Below, piece by piece: positions 1 through 13,620 of a stretch of DNA of 64,000 nt; within the stretch, counting starts at the first letter, position 1, and each line of letters begins with the position of its first letter. A program made the translations under genes and the position numbers. Below the pieces are notes generated by a model. It was not told the origin of the DNA. It made no database searches and worked only from the letters and a program-made list of their open reading frames with translations. This stretch comes from Tubulanus polymorphus (taxonomy: Eukaryota; Animalia; Nemertea): NCBI RefSeq assembly GCF_964204645.1, contig NC_134035.1, forward strand, positions 4,030,001 through 4,094,000, written 5' to 3'.

Positions 1-135
1 CACAGCATCATTTTTGATAGCATTACCAGAGCCTGATCCAGGGTCAGTTTGACCCCTGCCTTGTCATCTCTACGTGATCGGGGCTTAATCTACGCCCAGT
101 TCTCTGATTCTAATCTGTGAGTTTTTGTTTTGCAG

Positions 136-1783
136 GATTTGGATTGGAAGCATGCTTTCTGTTGGGAGTCGGGTACACACGTGACACGGCTACAGCTATT
201 ACCTGTCTCACTATAGCTGTCGGTTTCAGTGGATTCGCAATATCAGGTACGTTAAATCTGCGTGATCATAAAACGAATGAACACAACAGCTTTAACAACA
301 GAAATGATTACGAATATCGCGCATTCAAAGGAAATGCAATTATGATAACGAAAAATGATACAAAGTCCGAAAAAAGTATTCCTGAAAATGACTATTAGGA
401 TACAGTCGAAACGTTGAATAAACTACACTAGCTGAGGGAAACATTTCAGACTCTTTATTCTTAGTGTGCGGAGATTTAATACTGTCTTTACAACACGGAC
501 TCACAGTGTTTCATCAATGGTTATAATGAGGACAACATCAGTATTCCTGAAGATGACTATTAGGACATAGTCGAAACGTTGAATAAACTATACTAGCTCA
601 GGGAAACATTTACTGACTTTCTATTGTTTATTTGTTATTGTTTTGTGGGATTCTCTTTATATTAATTACCCTGACGCCTATTTTGTTTTAAAGCCAAACT
701 AACATAACTTTTAGACTCTCTCTCTCTCTCTACCGTCATCGGCGTATAATCTTATGTTTCATGGATTCGAAACGCTTCTTTTTTCGCAGGTTACAACGTT
801 AATCATTTGGATATAGCTCCTCGCTATGCCAGTATATTGATGGGTTTGTCGAACGCGGTTGGAACGCTATCCGGTATGATTTGCCCGCCCGTCGTTCAGA
901 TGCTCACCAAACACAGGGTAATTATCAATCGTAAATAATTCGCGTCGTTTTGCAAAAATCACACCGGAACATATTTCTAATCCAGCGAAGCGTTATCAAT
1001 AACGTCGATATCCGAAGTCTGAAATAGTTGATGCTTATTGTTAATTATTATCAAAATTATTATCATCATATTAAATCAGTCTAATTATATAGTCGTTATA
1101 TTATCAGTATTAATGCTTCCATTTCTATTGCTGCGCCATGCCTCTTTAACTAGTTATGTCATGTTGGTAAATATGCCATAAAAGTTCTATATTATATGTA
1201 TTGCAATATTTTTTTACGAAAATGAATATCATTATTGTTATTATCATTATCATTTTAATGGTTATTATCATGATTGAAATATTATTGATTATATTTCTAT
1301 CTGAAAACAGGGATTGACCCTGTTATTTATTAATTGATCGGTCGATTTCGTTTGATTCCCACAACACCTGCCGGGGGCGAAACGGGGGTTTTATTTCGAA
1401 ATCGGAAATCGAAGCACAGACGTAGTTGCGCGATCGGCGGTCGAACATTAATATTGATAACTATACGGGATTCTTTCTCTTTTTTTCAGACGGTCAAAGA
1501 GTGGGAATGGGTGTTCCTAATCGCCAGTCTGGTTCACTTCAGCGGCGTCATATTCTACGCCATATTCGCGTCGGGAGAGAAACAAGATTGGAACGACCCG
1601 GTCAGCGGCGACGAGTCGGCGGCGACTATGAAAGGCGAGCCCCAATACGGCGACTCGGACAACTATCGCGTCGTGTCGTACAAAACGTTCGACAACCCGC
1701 CCGTGTACGAGACGACCGAACAGTTCGTGCAAGAGGAACAAAAAGACAGATACATGGCAGACGCCGACGAACGAGACATTTGA
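136..1783 (+). CDS. VGLUT: Vesicular glutamate transporter (SLC17A6/7/8 family), last three coding exons
   Basis: Exons 136-246 ([38 protein letters not shown]), 790-917 ([42 protein letters not shown]) and 1490-1783 ([34 protein letters not shown]...stop). All are AG/GT-bounded with consistent phases, and the motifs match the VGLUT C-terminal half. The 5' exons lie upstream of the window. Confidence 0.95.
377..420 (+). ncRNA. Minimal type-I hammerhead ribozyme, copy 1 (G8>A core mutation, probably inactive)
   Basis: TATTC-CTGAAAA-T-GACTAT..ACAGTC-GAAAC-GTT-GAATA; the core reads CUGAAAA instead of CUGANGA. Confidence 0.65.
542..585 (+). ncRNA. Minimal type-I hammerhead ribozyme, copy 2 (intact core)
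   Basis: Stem I TATTC/GAATA; core CTGAAGA-T; stem II GACTAT/ATAGTC; GAAAC followed by palindromic AACGTT. This is the layout of Penelope/retrozyme minimal hammerheads. Confidence 0.8.
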
Positions 1784-2130
1784 CAGGAGGAAACCGCTTT
1801 CTAGGCAATTTATATATTAGTCGAAATATGAATAAACTCATCGTCGTTTTTAGATACGAAAATATGATCAAGTCGCGCGCGGCGTAACGACCGGACGTAA
1901 ACGAATACCCGCCGTTACCTATATACCGGATCGCATGGGGCGTCGTCATTCCGCGTTATACGCGCGACGGACGATGCGATTTCGTTTCGATGCAAGAAGA
2001 AAAAGAAACAAACCATAGCAAAAAATAACTTCTATAGCCTATACAATAACTATATACACTACTCATAGATAGACTACTTAGATAGGTAGCAAAATGAAAA
2101 GAATAGATATTGAGCTTTCCAGATTTTCAT

Positions 2131-2335
<205 letters not shown>

Positions 2336-3275
2336 GTATATGTAGAAAGTGTATATATGGCCATAGAGCGTTAGATTATTATACAGAATACCGCAGAATA
2401 TAATAATGATAATAATAATAATATGATAATGATAATAGTAATATTAATGATGGTTACATAATGTTAAATGATATGTATGAAAATTACGAATATGCGTATT
2501 TGCGGAATACTTGGCTGCACCTTACTCGGTCAGGGTTGTCAAGGCTGTGTTGACGGAATTGAGAAAATTCAGAAAGTCTGTCCAAAATCATCATCATCTT
2601 TCGAATCGTTTCTCCGAGTTTGGGGCGATATAGAGAAATGAGAGAGATATCTCCGTCGCTCAATATTCACCGACATCGGTACCGAGTAAGAGTCTATCCG
2701 GCGTATCCGAGACCGTTAAGTAATTCATAATGAATATATACCGTGAATTAGGAAAACGCTTATCGAACGATTCGCCAGTAGTCGTTTGTCAAGAAATTAG
2801 CAGCTTCAGGAGTTCGTTATTACTTACGTGTAAAAAAAGTATATAGTAGAACATGATATGAATGTATATGCAGCAATAGGTTGAAATCAGTAGGAACCAC
2901 TCAGTTCGTTCATTATTAATACTAGAGGTTTAATTAATTTATGGTCGCTTTGTCCCGACATGTTATCATTGCAGTTATAGAAATGTCCATCCCGCGTTCG
3001 CTGCCGTATATTTTCGTCCACGCGCTTCGTGCGGCTGGGGATATATAATGCGGTTTGAAATAGTTTCGCACCGAAGCTCCGATCCGTGCTTTTAAGTTTA
3101 TAGGGTAATCAACGTAATGTGAATTTTTTCAGCTCGTAGCCCAGGACGTGTTCGCTGTACTCTATCCAGTCTTTTTGGCTTAATGTATTGTTTTCTTAAA
3201 TCGAAATGCGTTACACGCGTCATAGCAGTTGTCTTAAATCGAGTGCATTTTTACGTTCATCTCATCCGTGTGAAC

Positions 3276-3716
3276 CATCCTCCCCGGCAGGGGTTCGAAC
3301 CTGATGGCATCGAGATTGCCACGGCACGAAACCCTGCCATAATCGACCGTGTGCGCAAATACATGCGCAGTTCAGATGATGTGATTTTTAGCCAATCAAA
3401 AATCCCGTTTTATTTTAGCCCGGGTTTTCCCATTTATAGTTCTTCCTTGAAATTTGCCTCAACGATTATACAACGAGCAATCTGATTGGTGCCGCCAGTT
3501 TTCGTTCGAAAAGCTGCGCATGTACCTGCGCACCCGGTCTACTGATGCAGGGGTTCGTGCCGTGGCTGAGTGTAGCGATGCCATCAGGTTCGAGTCCCTG
3601 CAGAGGGAGGATGTCCCCGGCAGGGGTTCGGACATGATGGCATCGAGATTGCCACGGTCCGTGTCGTGGCTGAGTGTAGCGATGCCATCGGGTTCGATCC
3701 CTGCCGAGGGAGGATG
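3276..3716. mobile_element. MITE (hAT/P-like, CATCC...GGATG) with tRNA-like B-box in its TIRs; full unit 3276-3613 plus a tandem deletion derivative 3614-3716
   Basis: TIR CATCCTCCCCGGCAGGGGTTCGAACCTGATGGCATCG and its inverse. The 8-bp flanks GTGTGAAC/GTGTAGAC match at 6/8. A second copy lies at 29429-29854. Confidence 0.8.
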
Positions 3717-5073
3717 GTGTAGACCAGCAACGCGAAAAAACCGCAATTTCTGATGCGTCGCGGCTATGCTTTGATTCTCTCGACGCGAGTACGTTAAAAC
3801 TGATCGTATCCACGAAATCAGAGCGCGGGCCTCGTCAGAATCAAAGCGGAGCTTATCATAATATCAGCTAGGCTACCGAGGAAAAGGGAGATAACTCCCC
3901 CTGTGGTTGCGACTTGTGAACTGCGATCTTGAAATTGCAATTGAAATACTTGTAATGTTTTTTTTTAGATTGTCCATGTGTACACCGAATCTGTTGAATG
4001 TTTTTTCGAAGCTTTAAGCTTTTTATGAATGTTTTTTTTCGACCAAGTCCAAAAACGTGTTTTACTTATTTAACAAATTTCTTTATCAAATTTTAAATAG
4101 CTTCAAAACCCGTGTTCGGCAAAAAAAGATCTGAAGACTACGCCATTCGTAGGTTTTCATAGCCGGTTTTTAAAAAGAAATCTGGTTAGAATTTGACTCA
4201 AAACACTTAAGATGATGTTAAGAAGTGAATTAGTTGGCATTTCCGTATAGAACACGTGCCAAGCGTCGCGATTCAGTTCATAGAACTCAATTCAGAGATA
4301 ATGTTTAATCGGTGCGCAGCGCCGAGTTCTTAACCTCGTGTCGGTTTTCTCACTAAAAGCTGAACATTGTTGTTACGTTACGTTAGTTGATATTTCTAAA
4401 AAAAAATAGTTTATCTATTGTAAATGGAGAATATTGTTGCTTGTTCAAATGAAATGTGATATGATATCTATACATAACTATCTATTATTAAGTGATATAG
4501 ATATATTTCCCTCTGTTCTGACTCGAAGTAGCTCTATATATATATATACTGTATGAACTATGTGTATATCAAATTCAGTTGTTAATCATTCCAGGATGCT
4601 CTATATATGAACGAGGCGTTTTCTCGTTGTTCAAAAACTCGAAAAGCGCGAGATAATGAAAATGATCTTGTTCTTTCTGCCAAACGCTCTGGATTGAATT
4701 GTTTTTTGTTTGTTATATTTGTTGCCGCTTCTTACATACAGAGCTGTATGCTTAAAAACGATTGCTATCAATCGTACAAAAAACGATTAGGTAAATTTTC
4801 TATGGTAAATTATTGAACCCGATTCCATAGTTTTGATGTTAACTTTGACACTATATCGTGGTTAGCATAAGTTCATTAAACACCGTTATTTCTAGAACTG
4901 GTTCTAGGATCGAGGAGCAATTCTTAGATTTAGACACAACTCCAGCTAAGTAAGCCCAGTTACACAGTCGTGACAAAAGTCTAGACGTGGCTTTAAACCG
5001 TTAGGCTGGTCTTTTCGACTTGAAAATGAACCTGATGAGTTTGGAACTGGGTTCAGTATTTATTAAGGATCTG

Positions 5074-5301
5074 GGGCAGTTCAATGGTCGAGACTTAAGT
5101 CCGAAAATGGTCCTAAGTCTCAAAACTGGTCTTGTCAGATTGGCTATAGAACTAGAATGAGCTTAGACTGGTCTTGAGATGTAGAAGATTGGTTATAGAA
5201 CTAAAATGAGCTTAGACTGGACTTATCAGATTGGCTATATGGAACAAAGATGTGCTCTTAGGCTATGGTCTTAGGTCTAAGCCACGACTACTGAACTGTC
5301 C
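5074..5301. mobile_element. MITE with CWG target-site duplication (PIF/Harbinger-related)
   Basis: TIR GGGCAGTTCAATGGTCG.../...CGACTACTGAACTGTCC; TSD CTG/CTG; related copy at ~52750-52887. Confidence 0.8.
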
Positions 5302-7299
5302 CTGTAGATAATTTAGGCGCTATATCATAATTACGTATACTACGGCGAGTAAATATCAGAAAATATTGTCACAGAGTAAAATATCAAAACACACAGCATG
5401 TAACAAAACGCATGAACACGACGCGTATCGTCTATTTTCATCGATGATCAGGATTAAACCCAATATTCAATTATGACGCGAAGTGGATGTCTTTGAAGTA
5501 GAACGAAATGACTAAGACGCTTGTTGAGTGGTACATGAATAAATAAATGAATATATATATATATATATATATAAATAATTTACCAATAATTTGTTTTGCG
5601 CTTTCGTCAGTGTGTTTTTTTTTTGTTCACGATTTGCTTCAGCGTTGCGCTATTTCCACGTCTGCGGAACCGACGGAACTCGCGCAGTCGTGCGTGAATG
5701 ATTTTGCTTTTGGATCCACGAACGAGGCCAGACGAAAGTCCCCCGACCGTATCTATCCCCCTAATTCCCCATGCGTGAAGAATCCGCCGTTCCCGTTGAG
5801 TAGCTAGGTTCGTGCAGGCACGAGGAGCAGTCAACTGTCGTGGTCAGCGCCTGATCTAGAAGGTAAGTAAGTTATTGAATATTTCATCAATCCAATTCTA
5901 AACAACGCGCAGAAATACCGAAACCCCAAGATTATCTTAGAGAGTTCCTGCGTCTATTAATTCAAATGTCAAACATCTTCAAGACGAATATAATCGATCG
6001 TAAAATCGGATTGTCAGTGTACTTAAATCAGGTACGTCGAAAAGCAGACATTTCTCGCAATGACATGTCGGTTGTAATCAAACATGAATGATTCGGTTTT
6101 GTTTTCATTGCAGGAATTCCAGATGAGTCAAAAAATTGATTCCATGTTTCTCATTTCTGTTGAGCTCAAAAGTTGACCCGGCCGCCTATTCATATTCCCT
6201 GTACATGATTATTTTTCAAATCATGATTCAAATCATGTTTAAGCTAACAAAAACAGATCCGGCTGTTATAGCACTGTTAAGTTATATGAACTGGTTACCA
6301 ATTTCATTGCAGTTTACGAAAGTGACCCGGTCGATTATGAGAAACATGGTCTCATTTTTTAACCTAAACAAAGTCGATCATCGCCTCATTAACTAATCTA
6401 TAGAGAATAAAATTTAATTTGCTTGAAATTCTTCCTTTGGCATGTGAGCCTATCGCTTAACCGGATGCTAATACATTCCGCTGACAAAAGAGTTCTATCA
6501 AAAATGTTTTGAAATTCGTTTTAAAAAGATGTTCCCCTTTGAAAAACCTTAAACGATAGTAGAATTATTCATATACAATGGAATCGTGTTAAACATTGAA
6601 CGAAATTCAGCTAAGAAAAATATCTTTATTACTCGCATGCCACAGTATGATTGCAAGGCTGAGTTAGATATTTACCGTACAGTCCTGCCCCTATGAATAA
6701 CGATAGCGGAATTTCTGTGAACTAAAATAGTAGCGCATATTTACCGCCGGAATTTAAATGCCCTTATTACGTACGACACCGACCAGTGTGTCATCTAATT
6801 CTGATTAAATATGTTACTATGAATACGTTCTGAATTTTGTATGATATTTCCTTATTTTTTAGGTAACATATTTAATTCTTTTTAGCTAAAATTTACATTA
6901 TGAGAATGCCGGTTTGCTTGCGTATCTATTTAACACCCGTATTGCTCGGGTTAGTTTTACTATCAACGGGTGGCGCTGTTTGTAAATTTCACATAAATCA
7001 ACGACTTTCGGCTATCAGCGGTACTTAAGACCACTTGAAAACATCATAGTCAATTACGGTAGTAGTGAAAATAAAAAGTTACAGTTCGGTGTACAGCACC
7101 ATAGCACCCATATAATACCACATACATTTTATTCAGACTACTGATCTTCATTTCCATTAATTAATGATCTGTTGAATTAATTAGTAATTCAGTCTTTCGG
7201 TGGTTCGAGATAAAATGCCCGCAAAATAAGAACTAACGAACCAGGGCTGACCATAAATTGCCCAACAGATAAATTTTCCGAAACGACACAGTAATGTTT

Positions 7300-7870
7300 A
7301 GTATCAAATAACTCGTGGCGTGGACCTTGGTCTATCAACTGACCAATGCATGACCAGTACTGGCTATATAGCAAATTATCTGTTTTGCAAACAATTAAGT
7401 TATTTGGTGTCAAATAACTAGATATAATGTGGACATTAAACTAAAAATTGTTTAACTGACCAATGCTTGACCAGTACTGACCAGTTATCACTAACTAGAA
7501 CCCACCATATGTAATTTTTATGTTTAGTAAAGCAATAAAATCGTGTTTGGGCGTCGAGCTACTAGATACGGTGCGGGCTATGATCTAACAACTATTTAAC
7601 TGACCAATATTTTACCAATACTGACCTTAAAGTAATTTGTTTATTCTAGCAGCAACACAGTCGTGTTTGGTGTCAAATAATTAGAAATGGCGTGGGCTTT
7701 CATCTAACAACTATTCAAGTGACCAAATCTTGACCAATACTGACCACATAGCTATATTTATCTGTTTCGGACACAACTTAGTCGTGTCTCGTATCAAATA
7801 ATTTCATTCGGTCTGAACGTAAATATAACAACTCTTTTACCTGTACAAGCTACACCAGTACTGTCTAATT
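7300..7870 (+). repeat. Left subterminal degenerate ~120-bp tandem array rich in TGACCA
   Basis: Units start near 7301, 7407, 7550, 7670 and 7791 (gtRtcaaataa...aactgaccaat..tgaccaRtactgac). Confidence 0.8.
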
Positions 7871-8187
7871 ACCGGTTAAATGTTTTTAGAAATAACACGG
7901 GGTATTGCCTGAATCCTTCGTCAGTACTACTCTTATTAAATGTGTCGTTTTAAAAGTCTTGTCCAATTTTTATTGTAGGAAGCGAGCTAACTTTGAAATT
8001 TCCCACTAAATGCAAAAGATTTTCACATCGGGTTTTGAACGAACAACGTTTCGATTTGTAATTGTAACGTGCGCATTTGAGCCTGTAACGTGCACATTTC
8101 ACTAGTGTGAACGTGCGTATCGGTACCATTATGCGAAACTTGTCAAACTTTTGCGTTCAAGACGTTTAAACTGAACACTAAATGAGA

Positions 8188-8327
8188 TATCATATCATAT
8201 CATATCATATCATATCATATCATATCATATCATATCATATCATATCATATCATATATCATATCATATCATATCATATCATATCATATCATATCATATCAT
8301 ATCATATCATATCATATCATATCATAT
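8188..8327. repeat. (CATAT)n microsatellite
   Basis: Direct observation. Confidence 0.98.
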
Positions 8328-8880
8328 ATATGAATAATGAATAGATGGAAGATAATGTAGTAGTTTTGAATGTTTCGTAACTGCTGTCCACTGACCGCAG
8401 ATCATCAAAGTTAATCGCCTCATATGAAATATATATTCGTTATAAGGGATGTAGTAGTTCAGTGAGAATTCAAACTTATGGGTAATTTTAAGTGATCACA
8501 ACGCTGACCAATAGAGAAAGCTGTATCACAACAAAAGTGCCACTTACGTATCTTGTTGAAACATTGTAAAATACCGGAGAGTAAATGGGAGAACCCTGAA
8601 TTCGAAACAATTCCACACTCGGATCGTTTACTTTGAAAACACAATTTGCAATTTGTTGACATCCATTATTTCTGCACCAAAAGCATGAAGTATATTATCT
8701 TTGCTCGTAAAAATTTGAAATTTTGAGGAAGATTTTTGGCCTCGTTAACCTGTGAACACGTCCTTCATATATTTTCTAAGACCGATCTTGATATAATGCT
8801 GAGAGTTTAGAGAAAATTATGGTAGGATGTAAACTTAGGCCGCTTCGTATCCGTGGAAGGTTGCTGATTATTGATCTTAT

Positions 8881-9644
8881 AGGCCGAGGAGTATGGATGC
8901 TAGTTAACCGGGTGGCAAACACTTGAGATCGGCCGTCCCACTAACTACAGTATCTTGTTTATAATGTTTAGAGTGAGCGAGGTTGGCTCACAACAGAAAA
9001 GCAGGTCACACACAGTTAAATTTGACAAATTCATAAAAAGTTTTCATATCAAGTTCTAAACTAATTTCAAGTAATCTTTTTTTGAAGAGATAGGGCCAAG
9101 ATTAAAGATTTTAGAGACATTTCAAATTTTTTGAAAATCATTAATTTTTATCCGATTTCGATGAAATTTGGACACAACATTGATGGTAGATAGCTAAACA
9201 AGTGCACGAAATTTCAGACTGATCCATTGACCATAGAAAAAGTTTTGATGTTGCCAAATTTTGGTACTATGAATGAGGCTATGTTTTGTTTATGTATACT
9301 GATGACTATAAGTATCAAATTACTGTTAATGTGCTCTGTGAGCTACACTAATTCACTGGATAACTCCTCCCTCTATGTCATTCAAAGATTCAAATTTTGA
9401 AGGAAATACCAACTAAAAAGCTTAATTTCTCGTAGAGGAGGGCCTAAAACACATTTTTGACTGCAGAAATGAATATATTACACATTAATACATATGTCTG
9501 ACAAAAAGGAGGGTCCAAATCGAATAACTGACAGAGAAAATAGGAGATTTCCAGTTTCAACCGTTGGAGCTCTCCACTGCACTATTGCTTCATGGGTACT
9601 GCCATCTTTGACATTGATTGGGCTTTTATACTGCTCCTCGGCCT
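8881..9644. mobile_element. Non-autonomous Kolobok-like element nested in the 7.16-kb element
   Basis: TIR AGGCCGAGGAG.../...CTCCTCGGCCT; flanks TTAT/TTAA (TTAA target, one mismatch); internal CCGATTTCGATGAAATTTGG motif typical of such elements. Confidence 0.7.
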
Positions 9645-10559
9645 TTAAACACAATAATCATAAGTACGTAACACGAGACTCCATAGAATATCGTTTTTCA
9701 ATCATACGTACACAAATTATTGCGATATAAAGATAAATAGTGCTTTAATATACTTTTTACTTCTTATACTGAATATTTCTTATTTCGTAGTATTAATAAA
9801 GAGTGGATCAGCAGGCTACCTGAGCCCATTCCACGATTTGAGGTCAGTTGCCAAAAGTTAGTAAGTTTACATACCAGTGGATAGTTAACATTTAAAATGA
9901 CAATTAAAACTTCATTGCTAAAAATAACTTTGTATTCGTAGAATAGTCACACTCAAATGCGGAGAATTGATAATACCATAATACGATACGAAAATTCACT
10001 GTGTACAAATTCAAAAAGATGATCTCTAGTGAACGATCGAACGTTGTGTCGTTATTTTCTAATGATAAAACTTGGTTTGAGATTTGAAATGTGTACGTAT
10101 TGGATCTTTTTCATATTAACAGTGTATTTGGTCATGTATCATATTGTATTTAATGGTTAATTTAAACTAACTGGTTTTAGAGTTGTATCCTTAAATCCAG
10201 TAATAGAGGATGCAATCTTTTTGCGGCAGACAGTACAAATAGCTAGAAAAAGCAACGATAGTGCATTGGCAAACTTAAAGCAAGCGTACATTGGTTGTTT
10301 AGGTTTTTCGTTGGGAAAATTAATGTTTAATCATTATTGAAATATCCGAGGCGAGCTTCTCCAGGAATTTACAAAGTTGAGCTTTACACAAGGAATTTTG
10401 TTGTAGTCCGATATCCGTGATTACCTCTGGCTTGGAGAGATACAATCTAAAACCAATCGTCGAGTCAAATATTTTACCACAATTTTCTATGATTAGTAAA
10501 AAGATTAAGTAATAGACATAGGCATGCAAACAGTAATGTCTGAAGTCCACTCCATTTCA

Positions 10560-11490
10560 AACTCATTCATCTTTACACAAACTCCAACTTGTTGAACAGT
10601 TCAAAATCGCGTGGCTTGAATTATTACGATAACTAAAATCAGGGACCACGATACTTGCTCATCTACACTGGCTTCCAATTTAACAAAGGATTGAATTTGA
10701 GTGTTTGATGTTGTAACAATAGGCCTACCATACTGAATTACGGATTCACTTTCTACTTTTTGATTGAACATTTATATCACATATTGGGTCATTTCATTTT
10801 TACCAGTATAGGCCTAATTGGAAGAACCTATCCGTATATCATGTTTAATTTTATATAATCTGACTTTTGAGATGTCATTCAATCAATGCATTCAGATCCC
10901 ACACGTTTCTTTCTCCAGCCCTAGAATGCTCAATTATAAGGCGCTTTTACGAAATTGAATCTGATTCGGTTTAGCTAAATCCGATTCGATGTTGGAAAAC
11001 GTAAGGATTAGTAAATCGAATCGTTTTTCGTAAATGAGTCGAATCAATTTATCAATCTAAAGGTCGCGATTCGAAAGAAAATGGACGTCAATGGTGACCG
11101 AATTATTGATAGATGATGGGCTGCAATAGATGTCTTTAGCCCGCGGTCGAAGAGGACGCCATGTTGGATTTCACTGACTAAATCGCCACTAACTTGCTCG
11201 CCGAGCAAGTTAGTCGATTTAATAAATCAATTTACTAAACCGCGTCCATAAACGAGTTGATTTACCAAATCGGATTCACTAAACCGCGTGCCGTAAACGT
11301 GAAACTTAAATCGATTTACAAAGATTCAGTTTCGTAAAAGCGCCTATAGTCGTCATGAACACCCGATTTGAATTCAAATTCAAAAGACTCGGAACGCACC
11401 TGTTTACTCGATTACTGTAAAGCGCCTTTGAGCATTTATATGCAAGAATTAGTGAAATTGGCGCTTTATCAGTTGTATTCATCATTCAAA
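10560..11490 (+). mobile_element. Decayed L2/CR1-type LINE 3' fragment
   Basis: Residual RT C-terminal motif VQNRVA..RDH..ILAHLHWLPI*QRIEF at ~10600-10710, and an L2-like tail (gtaaagcgcctttgagc...ggcgctttat) at ~11415-11490. Confidence 0.6.
10939..11345. mobile_element. MITE with 3-bp TSD (Harbinger-like)
   Basis: TIR AGGCGCTTTTACGAAATTGAATCT / AGATTCAGTTTCGTAAAAGCGCCT; TSD ATA/ATA. Confidence 0.85.
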
Positions 11491-13100
11491 CCATTATTCT
11501 CCTTATCCTATGAATTTGGAGACCCATCCTCGCATGAGAATGAATATAATGTGATTTCAATTAAAGATGACACATGGCCTCATATCATTACGGTATGTTT
11601 TTTAACGGGTGGGCGAGATTATATTCTTATGTTTTTGTTTCTCTGAATGTCGCTATCTAAGAGTTCAATAATAATTTCAGTCAACCAAACAAAGGATTTT
11701 TCTGTATGTTTCGTGTCCTGTTTTTCCATAACCCTAGGACTGCATTTTAGGTATTTTTCGTGGATGACCGAACGCTGCTGTCCCTTTCTAGTAATTTGAT
11801 GATATCTGTCGAAATCTGAATATTAAAAAGGAATCAGGCATATCTCCTTGTTTGACTAAGTAAGAACTCAACTTTAAGGGACACTCCCTTAAAGGCGCCG
11901 ATGTAAAATCATGTGTCGAGTGGAGATGATATTGTGTCAGAATTTCTTCAAAAGCGGAGAAAATTGAATATTTTGAAAATAATGATTTCACATGTATGAT
12001 TGAATCCGTTATAATTGGAGCAATTTTCATAAAAACATATCTATGGAATCAACGAAATGTAATTAAGAAGAATACTATGTTTAAGATGTTATCAAAGGCA
12101 TTTGAAAAAAGTTTTCTGATTTCGTCAACTGTGAAACTAGTGTCAACCAGATGTGTTCCCATTAAACGAACCGACTGCGAGCCGAGTCGATGTGAGATGT
12201 GACCTACACTGAAAATCTCAAGCGCTACCACTGGTTTTTAGGTGCTTCTGAATGTCGGCCGTTGAAAAACTAAACAATTGCCATTTGGAAAGGGCCTAGT
12301 TAGAGAAAATGCTAGATGTGTATATTTTGTGATATTTCATGTGCGTTTGGAATTTAACCTTGTTTATAACGAAACACACATGTTCTTTTCTATTTTAGAA
12401 GAGCGCATGATAGTGCAATAAAGAACTGACAATGAAAAAGGGGTAACAGGTGACTGATATCACACCGAATTTCAATTCCTATGAACACTTTTCATATAGT
12501 GAATTCTGTACAAGAGTTTAAAAAAAACTTGAAATATTAACGAAACAGTTTTTTGACGGACAAATCGTTACCATCGAATTTTCAGAACTTTTTTAATGCC
12601 TTGGTGACCACTGGTCTAGTACGCGGTTTTCTGAAACAAAAGTGGCCAAGTTTAAAGAACGACAAATGATTACAAATATTAGGAGCCTAATGCGTTTAAT
12701 GATTTAATTAATTGGCATAGCGCTGATTGGTTGAAAGACGGTTGTTAGTCATCTTGCCTGTGATTTAATTGTTTTTTAAGCATCGATTAACCATAGATTT
12801 AATCTTATCATAACTTATTTGCAGGTGCTTCTCGCAAACATTTTCTATTCGTTTTCAAACGCAGTACTGTTCAGATGATTCGCGTCAAGCTTTGAGTCAA
12901 GTAGTAAAAAAGTTTATGTATTAGCATTACTATGCAGTCAAAATTACGCACTGCGGCAAGTGAGGTGCTGTGATCCAGATGTGTAACCTATTTAGGAGTA
13001 ATATATTTCCATCATGTCAACGCCATTCAGAAACAGTAGCAAAACATACTGCTGGTCTCTAGAAATAACAATACGACGACAACCACTTTCGAATTCGACG

Positions 13101-13620
13101 ATATTCGAGAAGTTTCACTTGGGCAGTGGTGGTCAGTGATGGTCAATTTATGAATTCTAATGGGGAATGCTTTCTAGTTTCACACCAAATGCGGTACCGG
13201 TATATCTTTCTTACATTCGAGAAGTTTCAATTGGTCAGTGGTGGTCAGTGATGGTCAATTCATGAATTTTCAATGGCGAATTCTTTCTAGTTTGACACCA
13301 TAACGCGGTATATCGTTCTCATATTCGAGAAGTTTGAATTGGTCAGTGGTGGTCAGTGGTGGTCAGTGATGGTCAATTTATGAATTCTCAATATCTAAGG
13401 CGAATCCTTTCTAGTTTGATACCATAACGCGGTATATCGAACTCATATTCGAGAAGTTTGAATTGGTCAGTGGTGGTCAGTGATGGTCAATTTATGAATT
13501 TGCAATGATGATACCTCGGTAGTTTGAAAACAAACATGACTTGATAATAAATTTCCGAAATTCGCAGTCAGGTGTTCAGACTCGGGAATATCTCAATTGG
13601 TCAGTTTCTAACCATCATGG
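13101..13620 (+). repeat. Right subterminal ~110-125-bp tandem array rich in TGGTCA (inverse of the left-array motif)
   Basis: Units start near 13101, 13213, 13321 and 13445 (attcgagaagttt..ttggtcagtggtggtcagtgatggtcaatt). Confidence 0.85.
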
